Positions 10,002 to 22,658 of a stretch of DNA of 56,675 nt are shown here, piece after piece. This stretch comes from Craspedostauros australis (lineage: Eukaryota). The translations under genes and the position numbers were made by a program. The stretch is taken from NCBI GenBank assembly GCA_030167865.1, contig JALAGF010006401.1, positions 1 to 56,675 on the forward strand, read 5' to 3'. The notes under the pieces are model-generated. The model searched no databases. It saw only the letters and a program-made list of their open reading frames with translations, and was not told where the DNA came from. How positions within the stretch are numbered: the stretch's first letter is position 1; each line of letters opens with the position of its first letter.

Positions 10002-11468
10002 TTAAGTTGCGGCGAGCGCGTTCTGTCTCTGCGTCTTGAGATCCAGGATGCACTCCGTGAGCTTGGTCTCGAGACGTTGCTGGTACGTGTACTGCGATTC
10101 TAGCATGGAGCTTTGGATCTTGGTGAAGGGGACGCCGTTGTGGGTCAATCTGTCGTAGCGTTCCGTTGCCGTCAACGGGACGTAGTTGTGATTGTAGGTG
10201 CTGTAGATGGTGTCCGAGGCGGTGCTGTTGGCCAACGCCGGCGGTGGCTTGCCGCTCCTGTTGCGCATCTTGGCAGCGTGCTTGACGTAGTCGAGGTAGT
10301 TGTCGATCTGCATGACCCAGTGACCTGACGCCTTCCATTGCATGGTGAGCGCCGGTCCGCCCGGGACAGGTTCCACGCCGACCGTGGTGGGATGTTCGAA
10401 GACCTCCACAACTGAGAATCGAACGGAAGGACGCACTGTCTTTGGCTTGCGCATGCTTCTGCGCGATGCTTGCGTTCGCTCGTCATCTTCGTAGGAGTAT
10501 TGCGAGCCGTTGTNGTGCGCGTATTGGTTGTAGACATCGTACTCACCGATGGCATTGTCGAGATTCGCATGGTACACCTGTCCGTAATCCNGCGCGCAAC
10601 GCGGATCGTTGATGACCGGGGGACCGTTTCTGAAGTGCTGCGGTGGCAGACGGGGTCTCATCTGGTTTGCAGGATGGGCGCGGTTGTGCATGTGGTACTG
10701 TTGCTGCAGCTGCTGAAGCTGACGCGGATCGGAATGGGCGCGATGAGGCACCGCACGACGTCCCATCATGGCGGATGGGTGGTGTCGCTGTGGTTGCTGT
10801 TGTTGCTGGTATTTCATCATCATCATCTGCTGTTGTTGTTGTTGCTGCTGCATCACGGTCAAAGAATCGGAATGAAACCGCTGCGGCGGCTGCCTGCGTC
10901 CCACACGTCGTTGCGTGGTGCTGCGGCGCTGCGTGGGACCGGGTTCGCTGAAGCGCACTCTGGGTCGAGACGTGGATCGGCTGTCACTGGATGCGTACGT
11001 GCTGCAGGTGGATGCCGTGGTGGCCGTCGTCTCGCTGCCTGCCACGCTGGTGTTGCTATCGAGCTCGGGTTGCTGCTGCTTTGATGTGCTCGTCCTCTTG
11101 AGGCGTCGGCGCAGGGGCCTGGGTTCGCCCGGCCGCCGGCTCTTGTCCGCGGAGGTGGATCGGTTGCGGCTGGGACGGTCCGTGCGTTGCCTTGGTGCGG
11201 CTCCGGAGGATCGGGATCGTCTGCGCTGCGTCTCTGGTTGCGATGAAGTTGTGGAAGCCTCCTCGTTGAGAGGCAGGGTCGCTGGCATGTCCGTTCTGGA
11301 TGATCTGCTTGATCTGGATTCCTTCTTCTGCTGCGGACTGCGGTTGAGCAGGCGTTGGACGTTCTTCCTCAGCTTGCCTGGCGACAGCGACATCGACTTG
11401 TTGCCGGACGATGAGGAGGAGGCCACTGTTCTGCTGCTTCTGGGAACAGCGCCATGGTGGGTTGGCAT
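10002..11468 (-). CDS. Low-complexity protein with C-terminal RVxF/CSRNP-N-like domain (paralogue A)
   Basis: 488-aa ATG-initiated ORF. SVRFSVVEVFEHPTTVGVEPVPGGPALTMQW...PLTATERYDRLTHNG...QQRLETKL is shared with three other ORFs in the window. Confidence 0.8.
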   Translation of the reverse strand: MPTHHGAVPRSSRTVASSSSSGNKSMSLSPGKLRKNVQRLLNRSPQQKKESRSSRSSRTDMPATLPLNEEASTTSSQPETQRRRSRSSGAAPRQRTDRPSRNRSTSADKSRRPGEPRPLRRRLKRTSTSKQQQPELDSNTSVAGSETTATTASTCSTYASSDSRSTSRPRVRFSEPGPTQRRSTTQRRVGRRQPPQRFHSDSLTVMQQQQQQQQMMMMKYQQQQQPQRHHPSAMMGRRAVPHRAHSDPRQLQQLQQQYHMHNRAHPANQMRPRLPPQHFRNGPPVINDPRCAXDYGQVYHANLDNAIGEYDVYNQYAHXNGSQYSYEDDERTQASRRSMRKPKTVRPSVRFSVVEVFEHPTTVGVEPVPGGPALTMQWKASGHWVMQIDNYLDYVKHAAKMRNRSGKPPPALANSTASDTIYSTYNHNYVPLTATERYDRLTHNGVPFTKIQSSMLESQYTYQQRLETKLTECILDLKTQRQNALAAT

Positions 11469-13552
11469 GGTACTGCTGCTGCTGCTACTTCTTTTTATCC
11501 TAGCGGAGCTGTCCTGTTCTGGTGGATGTAGCAGTGGATGTAGCAGTGGATGTGGATGATTGAGAAGTTATGAGGTTGCCGATGTTGTTGCTATGATGCT
11601 GTACGACTGTTGTTCCACTTGGTGGTCAACTTGCTGGTGAGATTGAAGTGTTGGTGCTGACGTTCCAGAGAAGGAAGGAAGGAAGGAAGGAAGGAGAGCG
11701 ATGCGTCTCTGTTTGGCTCTGCGTTCGCTGGTGTAGCAGCAGCAACTCGTGCAAAGCAATGGATCAACTCCGATCCAATTCCTCTGATCGCAAGACCGGA
11801 TCTCGATGCGGCAGATCAGGCAATTCAGCACCTTCCGTGAAAGATTCGATCGCTGAGGATAATTGAAGGAACGAGAACGGCAATGAGGCCCACGGAGATG
11901 GACATTGACAGAATACAGTAAGCACACAAGCACACAAGTACGCGATGAACAGACAAAGACTCGTGTGAGTTGGGAAGTGGCGGACGCTTGCACCAATACG
12001 AATCGTGCGTGGGTATGTGCGTTCGTTCGAGTCTGCGGAATGCCATGACCCGCGGATGTTGTCAACGCCATTGTCGATGTCTCCTCACTGCGCTGCCCTG
12101 TGCTGCAACAACCGAACCGTCTCTGCTCCTCGTGGTGTGGGCTGTACGAGTCGGCTGTGAACCACTCGGTCTTGCTCGTTGGCTGTCTTGCTGGCCTGTC
12201 TTGGTGTGTTCTTACCTCAGCGGATCTCGCGTTGTTGGTTGCTGACCTTGTCGTGTTGGTATGTATAGTACGCTGTGTTGTTGGGATGCAATGGGATGGA
12301 CGACGACGATGGTGGCAATGATGGTGGCAATGAGGGTGACGACGGAGAAGTGGTTGGAGTGTTGGCGACTACGAGTATGAGAACTTCAGAGTGGAGGGTG
12401 CGATGTTATGATCGGTAAACATGTCTTTGTCGATTGTGGATGAAGTGTGCATCGTTGCCGTTCTTGTCGTTCTTGTCTCTGTTGTCTCTGTTGTTGCTGT
12501 CGTCTCTGTCGCTGTCGCTGTTGCTGTTGTTGTTGTTGTCCTCCTCTCCCTTCTTGTTCGTTGCTTCTTGGCCTCGCTGCTTCTTGTTGCACATCGTCAA
12601 CAACCCACAATTTCGAAAATCCGTCTTGTCCCTGTCTCATTCACTGGTTGCGCTTCGTTGGCATTTCTCCATAGTACCTTTGCCGTTGCCCTTCTTGGGG
12701 CAAAATGCTCTGTTTCCAAGGTGGTCTTGGGGCTTGTCTCGCCATCGCGATACAATTTGTCCATAATTTCCAACCTCCACTTATCGCTTGTGACCGCTTT
12801 GCGGCGGGGTGATTTTAGTGGAAGCCGCGCGATTTTCGATCCACGAGCGATTGTGTGACGCGTTTCTGTCCTTTGCAGTCTCTGTGACGATGCTTTGTAC
12901 GTACAACCTTCGAATCTGTGTTGTCGTTGACTTTCTTCTGCTTGGTGCACTTGCGGAGTGTACGAGTACGCACAAGTAGTAGGACCTCATGTCACGAGAG
13001 TCAAACACGCTGATCCGCCAAGTCCTCCACGCATCTCCTCCACGCCACCCAAGGTTCGTTGACTGCAATGTATCGCGTATGACCTGCTCAGTCCTTCTGG
13101 ACAGACACAGTGACCGCAACCGCGTCTGTTCGCTTCCTTTGTGTCCAACGAAGGGAGTGATGAGATTTATGGACTTAAGCTCTGTGCCATTGGCATTCAC
13201 GAACGGATTTAAGCTATGGCGAGGAAGTGTCTGTTTTGTCCACAAAATACGGACAAATGCGGAGTGGCTTTCTTGGTTCGTGCAGTTTTCGTGATTGTTG
13301 TTGTTGTCGTGGTGTGCAGATTCGTGACAGAGAACATCACGCAGAGACGCATTGCCGGATCCAAACAAAAGAGCGGCTAAACCAGTACTATCGAGAGATC
13401 TTGACCCAACCGTCATTCCACACTCAGAAATTGTGACGGTCACGAACCACGACCAAACATGCAGCCACTTGTGGAAGATCCACTCATCAGTCAGGCTCAC
13501 AGAGCCGAGAGCGATGGCTTGTGATCTATCATACTCACTTGTACTCTCCTCC

Positions 13553-14756
13553 ATGGCACGACCTCACAACACGAGTGCTTGCAGCCAGTCCGATGCCATG
13601 CGTTCGGTCGCGTCCATCGCGAAAGCCAACAAGACCGTGATGGTGGCCGCTGCCTTCACAATCATGTGCGCAATGAATTGGCGCATATCCTTCCGCATGC
13701 TGCATGCCACTTCTTCGGAACTCCGTTCGCGCTGGGACGATGGCGTGTCCAAGGCTGCGATACCGGCACAGGACGCTGCAGAGCCAACGCCGGACCATCC
13801 ACTTCGATGGAGCGCCAACATTACGGCATTCCCTCCTTTCATGATGCAATGGCCAACGGATCCTTTGAAGCCCAAGGGATGCAGCGTCTTCAACACTTCG
13901 CTGCCGCACACCGTCAACGTCACGCGCTATCCCACATCGTACAGTTTGGAGCATGTGTTCAATGTAACGCATGGGAATCTTGTGCAGGTATGGGAACAGG
14001 CCGACGCTGCACAACCACACGGCGATCACACGGACGCGGCTGCATCGCAAGGTCGAATCGCACCCAATGTCGCTGTGGCGGCACTTCCCACATGCTGAGC
14101 ATCTGCTCATTGTTGACAGCTCTGCCTTGTTCAAGACTGGGAGCACCTTCATCCGGGGCATGGCCAAGGTATTGGAAGCGAACAACGTGACGATCCGGGT
14201 CTCGACCATGGAGGTGGTCGTCAAGCAGTTTGAAGATCGCCCCCACGAGCTCCTCTACGTATACCCGGAAATCGTCCGCATGCATGGCTATCGGACGGTT
14301 TACGCTGATGACATGCAGCACCTGAGACGGCATACCTTGCCTGTTTTCGGTCTGCAGCGTTACGTGGAACCATCCTGTGGCGCGACTCCTGCGTCGAACG
14401 CCCCAGATACCAACTTCTCAGGAGCACAAGCATCAACGACTGATGCGGATGAAGCAGCAGCAGGTGATGCTGTGGACGTTGGCAACGACCAGATCCTTCG
14501 CTCACCACCCCGCATCGCCATTTCCAATCGCAAGGACTCGCGACGGTTATTCGGTGGGCACAACATCTCCGCTCGTTTGCAGGAGGACCTTCATCTGCCG
14601 TACCGACCGCCCGTGTTCTTCCATGCCGTTCGAGAAGCAGCTGGAGATATTCAACAACATCGACATCCTGCTGACGGCGCGCAGCTGGCTCCGTTGGTGG
14701 AAGCAGTGAAGGTTCAGATCAATCGATGGCATCACTGCTGCGGGTTTGCAGCATAG
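13553..14756 (+). pseudogene. Glycosyltransferase family 61 paralogue, disabled by frameshifts and internal deletions
   Basis: ATG at 13553 (MARPHN...) is colinear with 15431-16897 (NITAFP.FMMQWPTD, VLEANNVTI, DDMQHLRRH, PPRIAISNR, VEAVKVQI.RWH.CCGF). The segment encoding CGFTRNWFLHHFPHQMQNIYPCW is replaced or deleted with a frame change at ~14040-14070. FEKQLEIFNNIDILLT is out of frame at ~14620-14675, and the region between GAQL and APxVEAVK is missing. Confidence 0.8.
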
Positions 14757-15430
14757 GTGTGTGCACGTTGGTTGTTCACGGTACGACCAATGTTCTGTAC
14801 GAGTATATTCGTACATGGGGCGTACGTATGTACTTACTTGATATTTACTTGTCTCCCACACGAGCATACAGACAGATATTTTGCATACTTGCAGGTGTAC
14901 CATGTAGTACGAGTAGCATACTATTCTATTATACACCATCGCTGATCCCGGCGCGTTGATGAAAGCGGGGTTCTGCCATTGAATGCCACAATCGTGTGGA
15001 GCACCCCTATGTTTGATGCAATAGATTTCTCTCCCGACTTCTTCGATTACTTGGAGAATGGGTTCGTTGTTTTCGGAAAAATGAGCTTCGCGACAACCAC
15101 AACCCTCCATCCGACAAAACTCAACGGATAACAGTGGGTGCACTCCACAAAACCAGCCAGAACACCGCGATCATTGGTGACCACCAGCATCCACCACAGG
15201 ATCCTCTGCGACACAACACAACAGGCATCCATGGCATCGATTACGACCGATGGCTTGTGCTGCATCCTGCCAATGCTCCATTCGTGCCGATACATGGATC
15301 ATCCTGTTGTACTACTCGGAGCAAGAGCGCACGCAGGTACCATCCGATCTATCATATCAAATTGTATCATAGTGTATTACATTGGACTACTCATACACTA
15401 TCCTGCCAATAGTGACAGTAAGGAGATAGC

Positions 15431-16897
15431 ATGGCACCACCGCAGAACATGAGCGGCCGGCCCAACACCAAGGCTTCCAACAAGCACGCCGTGAACGCCA
15501 AGCACGTGCTGGCTGCTGCCTTCGTCCTCACTTTGACAGGGATGAATTGGCAAGCCTCGCTCAGCGTGATGCAGAACTCCAATTACTACGACAGGGTGCT
15601 GGAAGATGCCATCAACAACCCCAGAAGGCCAACTCCGGACCATTCGCACCGGTGGAACACCAACATCACTGCGTTCCCCTCCTTCATGATGCAATGGCCA
15701 ACGGATGCCTTTGGACTGGAGGGATGCAACGTCTTCGGTCCAATCGCGTACACTTTCAACGTCACGCGCTATCCCAAGGCGTACGATGTCGAGGAGGTCT
15801 ACAATGTCATTCATGGGAATCTCACGGAGGCGTGGAACCAGGTCAGCGCTGGACAGCTCAACGATACCAGCGGAAATTCGGGTGAGCGGCGAGGTCGAAG
15901 ATCTCCCGGCGACCAGATCAGGACGGCGGCATGCGGCTTCACGCGCAACTGGTTCCTGCATCACTTTCCGCATCAGATGCAAAACATATACCCGTGCTGG
16001 TCGTTCTGGCGGCGCTTCCCCAACGCGGACCACGTTTTCGTCGTTGGCAAGCTCTACTACAAATGGTTCACAACTGGCAGCGCCTTCACGGAGGGCATGG
16101 TCAAGGTGTTGGAGGCGAACAACGTCACGATCAAGCTCAGGACCGTCAAGATCTTCACCCAAAAGTTTTTGCGCACGCCCATGAAGCTTCTCTTCGTGTA
16201 TCCCAACACGACCCTTATTGACGGCTATCGAACAGTTTACGAGGATGATATGCAGCATCTGAGACGGCATGCCTTGCCCGTCTTTGGTCTGCAGGGTTAC
16301 CAAGAATCATCCTGCGGAGTGCCTCCCTCGCACAATACGGAGCGCACGCAGCTGCTGATAACGTCGACACCCGGCGCCAACGCAACTGCAAACGACACCA
16401 CCAATCAGACCATCCGCCCACCTCGCATCGCCATTTCCAATCGCAACACGACGCGGCGCATGTTCGGTGGGATCAGCGTCGCCGCTCGCTTGCAGGAGGA
16501 CCTGCATCTGCCCTACCGGCCGCCCGTATTTTTCCTCGAGCATTTGTCGTTCGAGCAGCAGATCGAAGCATTCAACAATATCGACATCCTGCTCACGCCG
16601 CACGGTGCGCAGCTCACGTTGATCCCGTTCATGCGTCGTTGCAGTTCCGTCATCGAAGTATTTCCGCGCGCCTATTCGGAGCAGGTCTTTTTTGGGAGGC
16701 TGGCAGCGCTGTCCGGTGTCAACCATTCCTACATCTACCTGGGGACGGATGTGGTGGCGGAGACGGAGCCTTACAATTCATTCGAAGGGCAGAAGATCCC
16801 GCGGGCGTACAATGTTTGCGCGCCGGTGGCTCCGATGGTGGAGGCCGTCAAGGTGCAGATCGATCGATGGCATCAGTGCTGCGGATTCACGGATTGA
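15431..16897 (+). CDS. Glycosyltransferase family 61 (DUF563) type II membrane protein
   Basis: 488 aa, N-terminal hydrophobic anchor, HHFPH motif, PRIAISNR, and the GT61 signature LSFEQQIEAFNNIDILLTPHGAQLT...SSVIEVFP. Confidence 0.88.
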   Translation: MAPPQNMSGRPNTKASNKHAVNAKHVLAAAFVLTLTGMNWQASLSVMQNSNYYDRVLEDAINNPRRPTPDHSHRWNTNITAFPSFMMQWPTDAFGLEGCNVFGPIAYTFNVTRYPKAYDVEEVYNVIHGNLTEAWNQVSAGQLNDTSGNSGERRGRRSPGDQIRTAACGFTRNWFLHHFPHQMQNIYPCWSFWRRFPNADHVFVVGKLYYKWFTTGSAFTEGMVKVLEANNVTIKLRTVKIFTQKFLRTPMKLLFVYPNTTLIDGYRTVYEDDMQHLRRHALPVFGLQGYQESSCGVPPSHNTERTQLLITSTPGANATANDTTNQTIRPPRIAISNRNTTRRMFGGISVAARLQEDLHLPYRPPVFFLEHLSFEQQIEAFNNIDILLTPHGAQLTLIPFMRRCSSVIEVFPRAYSEQVFFGRLAALSGVNHSYIYLGTDVVAETEPYNSFEGQKIPRAYNVCAPVAPMVEAVKVQIDRWHQCCGFTD

Positions 16898-17349
16898 GTA
16901 TGGTAGCGGCATTGGAATCGCCTCGCTGGTTGGGAACGCCCGGCGCTCATCTGGAGTGCGTGCCCGATCGCATTACTCTGTTATCACAATTGTGCACACG
17001 AGTACGATTGTTTTGGCAGAAGTTGCGTGTTAGATGGTGCGTGCATGGAATGGTCGGGTATCGGAGACACCGTCGCTGTTTGCAACAGCTCATTGTTGCT
17101 GCGAGTAGTCTCGCAATGATATCACACCCCATGCACGCAACCAATATGTATGGTACAAACGTCACAACTGCGTAAAGTAGAGTAGAGCAGAGTAGAGAAG
17201 ACGGAACGAGTACGCAGAATATCCTTCCGCAGCGTGCCATATTCGTATGTATTATTCGTACGATCTATGGTCCCATAACATAACATAGCAGAGCGTACAT
17301 AGTATCACATACTCGTGCAATCGTGCCATACTCGTATTTGTACACCACC

Positions 17350-18406
17350 AATTTCCACGCACCTATGAGGAAGGAGTCAATCCATAACATCGATGGCACT
17401 GCCCCATCTGCATCTTCGCAGGCTCTATCACAGGTTGCACTGGTGAACATACGTTCGCTCTGTGCGCCACATCTTGCGTTTCCAATGTTTGGGACAACTG
17501 GGCCTCCGCAGCCAAATCTGCGCCAGGGACAAGTGATGCAGACCAGACAGTTCCGCCAGCGTTCCAAAGTAGTCATTCCAGTCGCAGCCGCAAGGGAACA
17601 GCTCTTGCAACGAGCCGCACGAACGGAATTCCCGTCAGCCTCGCACCATGCTGCGACAACAGAATGTCGACGTTGGCGAACAGCGTCACGTGCTGTTCCA
17701 ATGGCATGTTGCTCCATAGGGCTGTTCGATGTAGTGTTCCATGCCGAGCCTGGACACGGTACTTAATTGCCGCTGTTGCATATCATCTTCGTGGATCGCT
17801 CGATAAATAGTGCGATGGGCCACGTTTCCGTAGGCAACGAGGACCTTCATCTTCGCACCTTCGAGCTCTCTGAGGTGCCGCCAGACACGCTCGTTCGAGA
17901 CTGTGATATTGCTTGCCTGCGACAAATCGAATATCCCGTCGATGATGTGTTCGTGGGATGAGTTTGACTCATGATGGCAGCAACTTGATCCAGTGCTCGG
18001 GCAAGAATTCCGTAAGTAACGATGAATGCGTGGCCTACCCCGTACGATCTCGGATAGTCGCTGACGGCAAAGGTTGTGCGGCATCGAGGAGTTCATGATG
18101 TCGCATGGATGGGCTCTGAACGGATCAGTCGGCCACTGCAACATGAAAGTCTGTGATGTTGCTGTTCCATCGTTATTCACCGATAGCAGCCGTGGCTGTG
18201 CCGTTGATGGTTATGCTGGCTGCGCCATTCACGGCATCTCCGATCACACCATCCGTCCGTGTCTGGGAGAGCCTCACCATGCGCGCAGACGAGCTTCAAT
18301 CCATCAGTGTGATTGCAACGGAGAGGACAAAAGCGACCAACAGCTTCGTGGCGATGCTGCGCACGGATGAGTTCGGAAGCGGGGTGATAGTGCTTGATCG
18401 CGCCAT
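17350..18406 (-). pseudogene. Third, heavily decayed GT61 paralogue in inverted orientation
   Basis: ATG at 18406 reads MARSSTITP...TLMD then TGA (18298-18296) where the paralogues have MNW. Later fragments TFMLQWPTDPF and MKVLVAYG...YRAIHEDDMQQ align to the intact copy across several frameshifts. The 3' limit is approximate. Confidence 0.75.
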
Positions 18407-19287
18407 GATGTCGAGATGCTTGCTGGTGTCTCAGAGCATGCTCGCACGTGCAGTGCCTTCCGATGCATCCGCATCTCCACAGGAGACGGTTGGATCGTAT
18501 CTTGAGCGGTTGTTGCGTCCGTTGTTTGCCCTCATTGGTCTGGAGAGAAAGAAACGGCGCTTGATGGTGACAAAGGTCTCATTCTTTCACTCACATGTGC
18601 GTCATTGTTGGATCGTATTTGCGCGTTGTTGCTGCGGGTTTTCGAGCGAGGACGCTAGGACAGTTAAATATACGTTATATTGAATCAATTCAATGCAAAA
18701 AGACGTTATCATCCAAACAAAAACAGTTGAGCGGTATTTTCAAAATAGCGCCAAACCGCGTGGTGACTTGTTGCCTCTTGCCTCTCTCTCTTTCTTTCTC
18801 TCTGTTTGGGTGGAGGGGGTTCGATTGTCATGACAGCATGGACAATGCGGTCTCAAGGATCCGGTTGCGACTATCTCTCTCTCGAGACGCAGCTCTGATG
18901 GCATGAATACGCGCACACAAAAGGGCCGAGCGGATGTGACTCAACAAGACCTCTGGTGTCAAAGAATGGGTCAAGCGGTCAGCAGCACATCCGTGGTTCC
19001 GATCTCTCTCCTGTGCATGACGCTGTAGACTTTGAACTGAGCTTGCTTGCTCGTATCGGATACTATGCAAAGTATTGTGGATTACGAGCTCTTATATGTG
19101 TTTACAATGGGACCCAATGATCATCGGTCTCATCACGAGTTGCGCATTTGATGTTGGAAGGATGGACCCTGAATGAGAAGGAGGTTGAATTACGTAGGTA
19201 TGGTACATGTACAATGAAATGATGATGCTACTCGTATACTATACGAGCTATGTATTGGTTGTCTCGATGCATGCCGCTCGCGTCCCT

Positions 19288-20346
19288 TCAAGAGATGACG
19301 AACGCCGATCGAGGACAGGCCGTGGCGAAGGCCTGCTTCTCCCACCTCCGGATCTTGATGGCAGCCAATTCCAAGTTGATACTGCCGCAGTCCATGACAA
19401 CTCTGTCGTTGTTGTTGTTGTTGTTGTTGTTGTTTGCGGGAGGTGTAGATTGTTGTTCTTCTTTGGAAGATGCTGATGCAGGTGGAAGCGTGGATGCTAC
19501 GTCATCCATCGTCTTCTTGTCTTCATCCTGGGTTGTTGCATTGATTGGCTTCTTCTTGGATTCCAGTGTTGTTGAAGACGTTTGTGATTGAGTGACATCA
19601 TGCTCGCTGCGATCACCTTCCTTTTCTGCGACAGGAACGATGGACGGACGCGATGTCTGTTTCGCTGGAATAGATCCGCCCTGCATCAACGTCGCGAGCT
19701 TATCCAACAGGCGCGTCTCCAATCGCTGCTGCTTGGTGAAGGTGGCCTGCGTCACGGCCTCCTGAATGTCCTTCTCGCTGTGTCCATTCTTGGCCAGCAG
19801 ATCGCGTCGCCGGCGGTCCGACAGAGGTCGGTAGCGACATCTCGAATGCAGTCTCTGATAGCGTTCCATGTCGGAGACGGCCACGGTCATGACTCTTGTG
19901 GGTTTGGATGGTGTTATTGTTGTTGCTGATGGTGTTGACGATGGTGACGATGGTGACGTTGACGATGGTGACGTTGTTGATGGTGATTGCGGTTGCGATA
20001 TGATGTTGGTATTGCTCGTACTATTGCTCGTACTATTGCTCGCACTCATACTACAGTCGTCGTCGTTGTTGGTGAGGTACCCCAAAGCGATGGGAGGACC
20101 CGAGACGCTGGCCACGGTGTTGCCACCAGGAATGGTGGGGAACTCGTAGATGCGAGCATCGGAGAACCTGACCGTCTTGTGCTTCTTGGCCATCGAGTCC
20201 GTCGACGACAGAGACGAAGACGATGGCGAATGCGGCAGCAGGGCAGTCAGCGCCGTGTCATCCGAGGTCCGTCTCTCCGCCTTGCCGAAGCTGAAGCGCT
20301 TCGTCCGTGGTTTCCGCTTCAGTTTGGAGGTGATCGATTCCAGCAT
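19288..20346 (-). CDS. RVxF/CSRNP-N-like domain protein (paralogue B)
   Basis: 352 aa. KTVRFSDARIYEFPTIPGG...SGPPIALGY...RPLSDRRRRDLLAKNG...QQRLETRLLD. Confidence 0.82.
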   Translation of the reverse strand: MLESITSKLKRKPRTKRFSFGKAERRTSDDTALTALLPHSPSSSSLSSTDSMAKKHKTVRFSDARIYEFPTIPGGNTVASVSGPPIALGYLTNNDDDCSMSASNSTSNSTSNTNIISQPQSPSTTSPSSTSPSSPSSTPSATTITPSKPTRVMTVAVSDMERYQRLHSRCRYRPLSDRRRRDLLAKNGHSEKDIQEAVTQATFTKQQRLETRLLDKLATLMQGGSIPAKQTSRPSIVPVAEKEGDRSEHDVTQSQTSSTTLESKKKPINATTQDEDKKTMDDVASTLPPASASSKEEQQSTPPANNNNNNNNNDRVVMDCGSINLELAAIKIRRWEKQAFATACPRSAFVIS

Positions 20347-22658
20347 CTTCGTTTGCGTTTGTGAGTCTCTGATGGTCAGAGAGTATGTTTCGATGCTTCG
20401 GAGCTTGAGATGATACGTATGAATGTGGAGAGGGATGGATGGATGGATGGATGGATGTGTGTCTGCAGACCTGTCTCGATCTCGTCGATGCCCTTCGCCT
20501 CTGCCGACCTGTGTCTCTGTCTCTTTCTCTCAGTGTGCTTCTTCCTGCCTGCGATGACGACATGGGCAAGGTCCAAGACGGGTCTGCAGGAAAAGAGATG
20601 CCATTCGCTTGATCGCAGTCACAACAACGCAGCCGGCCACGACAATCCAACACAACAGAAAGGAAGCAAGACAAGTCATACATTGGTGTCGTGCTCAACG
20701 CGCGGCTAATTCCGTTCATGTTGCAGGGACCACGTCTTTCTGGCGATACACACACAAACACAAACAACCAGACGCACATGTGAACAGCCAACACAAAAAC
20801 GGTAACATCTGTATGAACGGAGAAGAAGAAGCTGTTTCAACGAAGTTCGGCCGAAGCGAATGCCGTGTTCGGGTTCTTCGTTCTGTCCCGCAAGGCGCAA
20901 CGGTGTGACGATAACTCGGCAAACACTCACTTTCTGTGGGAGTGGTGGCGTATTCAGTTTGGCGCATTGACAAAGAATGAAGAAGCTGCCTGTTTATGAT
21001 GATTCGTTGTTGGGACTGATCGTATGTCGCAGAATGCACCCCGACGCTAAGCCTCGTATTCGTAGTTCCCGGCTTTGCTTGCTTCTGCTATGCCTTGGTC
21101 GTGAAATCGTGGTCGATTGCAGTCACGCAGGACACCTGACAGGGCTTGGTGAAGACCAACCCACCAACAGAGCCAATTGTATTGATCACAATTTATCAAC
21201 CACGTCACAAAATCATGCTCGGATGCCTGCGTTGTTGTATCGTGCGCACAGAAGACGAATTTGTGCGTCAAACAACCGCAATTGATGCTCTGATTTGGCG
21301 AACGAGTTGATGGGAGAGTGGGTTGGTGAGTATCGACTCGTCACGAAACTGCATCATCGTGTCCTGTATTGCGTGTGCGTGTGGTGGCAGCGTTTGGAAT
21401 GAGATCCTGCTCTTCCTCTGCACCGAGGCGTCTCTCATCTGTTGCTGCGTTACCGTTGTTGCTGTGTGTTTGGAAGACAAGGACACAGACGATGTGACCA
21501 CAATCATGTCGTTGTGGCGCCAACCAAGATGACTGTGTGTTGTCATGTGTGGGAGTGCTATCCACGATTTGATGCACACCTTGCTCACGGACAACGGACA
21601 CACTCAACTTCCCATCGGAGTATGGGCAGTTCGGAATTCTCGCGAGCGCGGAAACTGATTGGACACTGAAATAGTCGGCTTCCTCACGCACTTGCGACGA
21701 ATCAGCGAACAGTAGTCGAACCGGTCGGCTGTCTCATTGTTCGACACGTTTTCGCTGTTGCCATCTTCTGTCACGCACAACGGGATGACATGCGACTGTC
21801 GCCGTTCTTCCTTTGTTAAACACAACAACTATGACATTGTGTCATTGAAACTCCGATGGGCAAGGGCAGATCTATGCCGCTTGGCAGTGGATATGTCACA
21901 ATCCACGACAACACACAAAAGACATCCGCGCCGCGTGCAGACCAAACGCGCAACCTTTTTCCACACGCGTCCAATTTTTGGGAGATTCTCACCACAATCA
22001 TTCGCACAACTCAAACGAACGGTTCCAACCATAGTCTCGGAGTGCTCATTGTTGTTGGCATCGATTGTGTGTGTGCATTGAAGACAGAGCGGAGCGGAGT
22101 ATAGCTGAGTGCTGAAGGGTAAAGACAACAACAACGCAGACGCAACCGAACAAGGAAGGAAGGAAGAGGAGGTATTCATCGGCATTCGTCATCGGCTTCA
22201 GCATCGCATCTCACTCCGTTGAGCACAAACAATCCGTTTCGGGTTTCGAAGCAGAGCAAGTTGGCAGATCTTCATTGATCAAGGAATCGGTCGTTGATCC
22301 ATCCATCGATCACAACTCTTTGTCCTTCCCATCATCGTCGACGTTGCATCCATTGTGCGGCATCGTTCGATCGCTGTGCCTGATTGGATTGGAAATCGAA
22401 GCAACGGCGCGCTTCGTTCGCACAAGTGCGAGCAGAGCTCTTCTCTCTGTGCAGAGAGTGGACGTGTTGCATCGCAGACTGCTCAGAGTCAAAAAGTGCG
22501 TCTCCACTTGTGAGATCCGCAACACATAATTCATACTCAAACGAAACGAACGAACGACATCGAAGCAAGGAAGTAAAGGAAGTAAGGAACGACATCGAAG
22601 CATCTCCACATCCACAAACAAACAATCAATAAAGCAACGAAGGTAGCAACATCCAACC

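Noticed and set aside
12386..13554. Several - strand ORFs including N/D-rich and 257-aa frames
   Set aside because: Driven by simple repeats, with no motif support; could be a relic but unsupported
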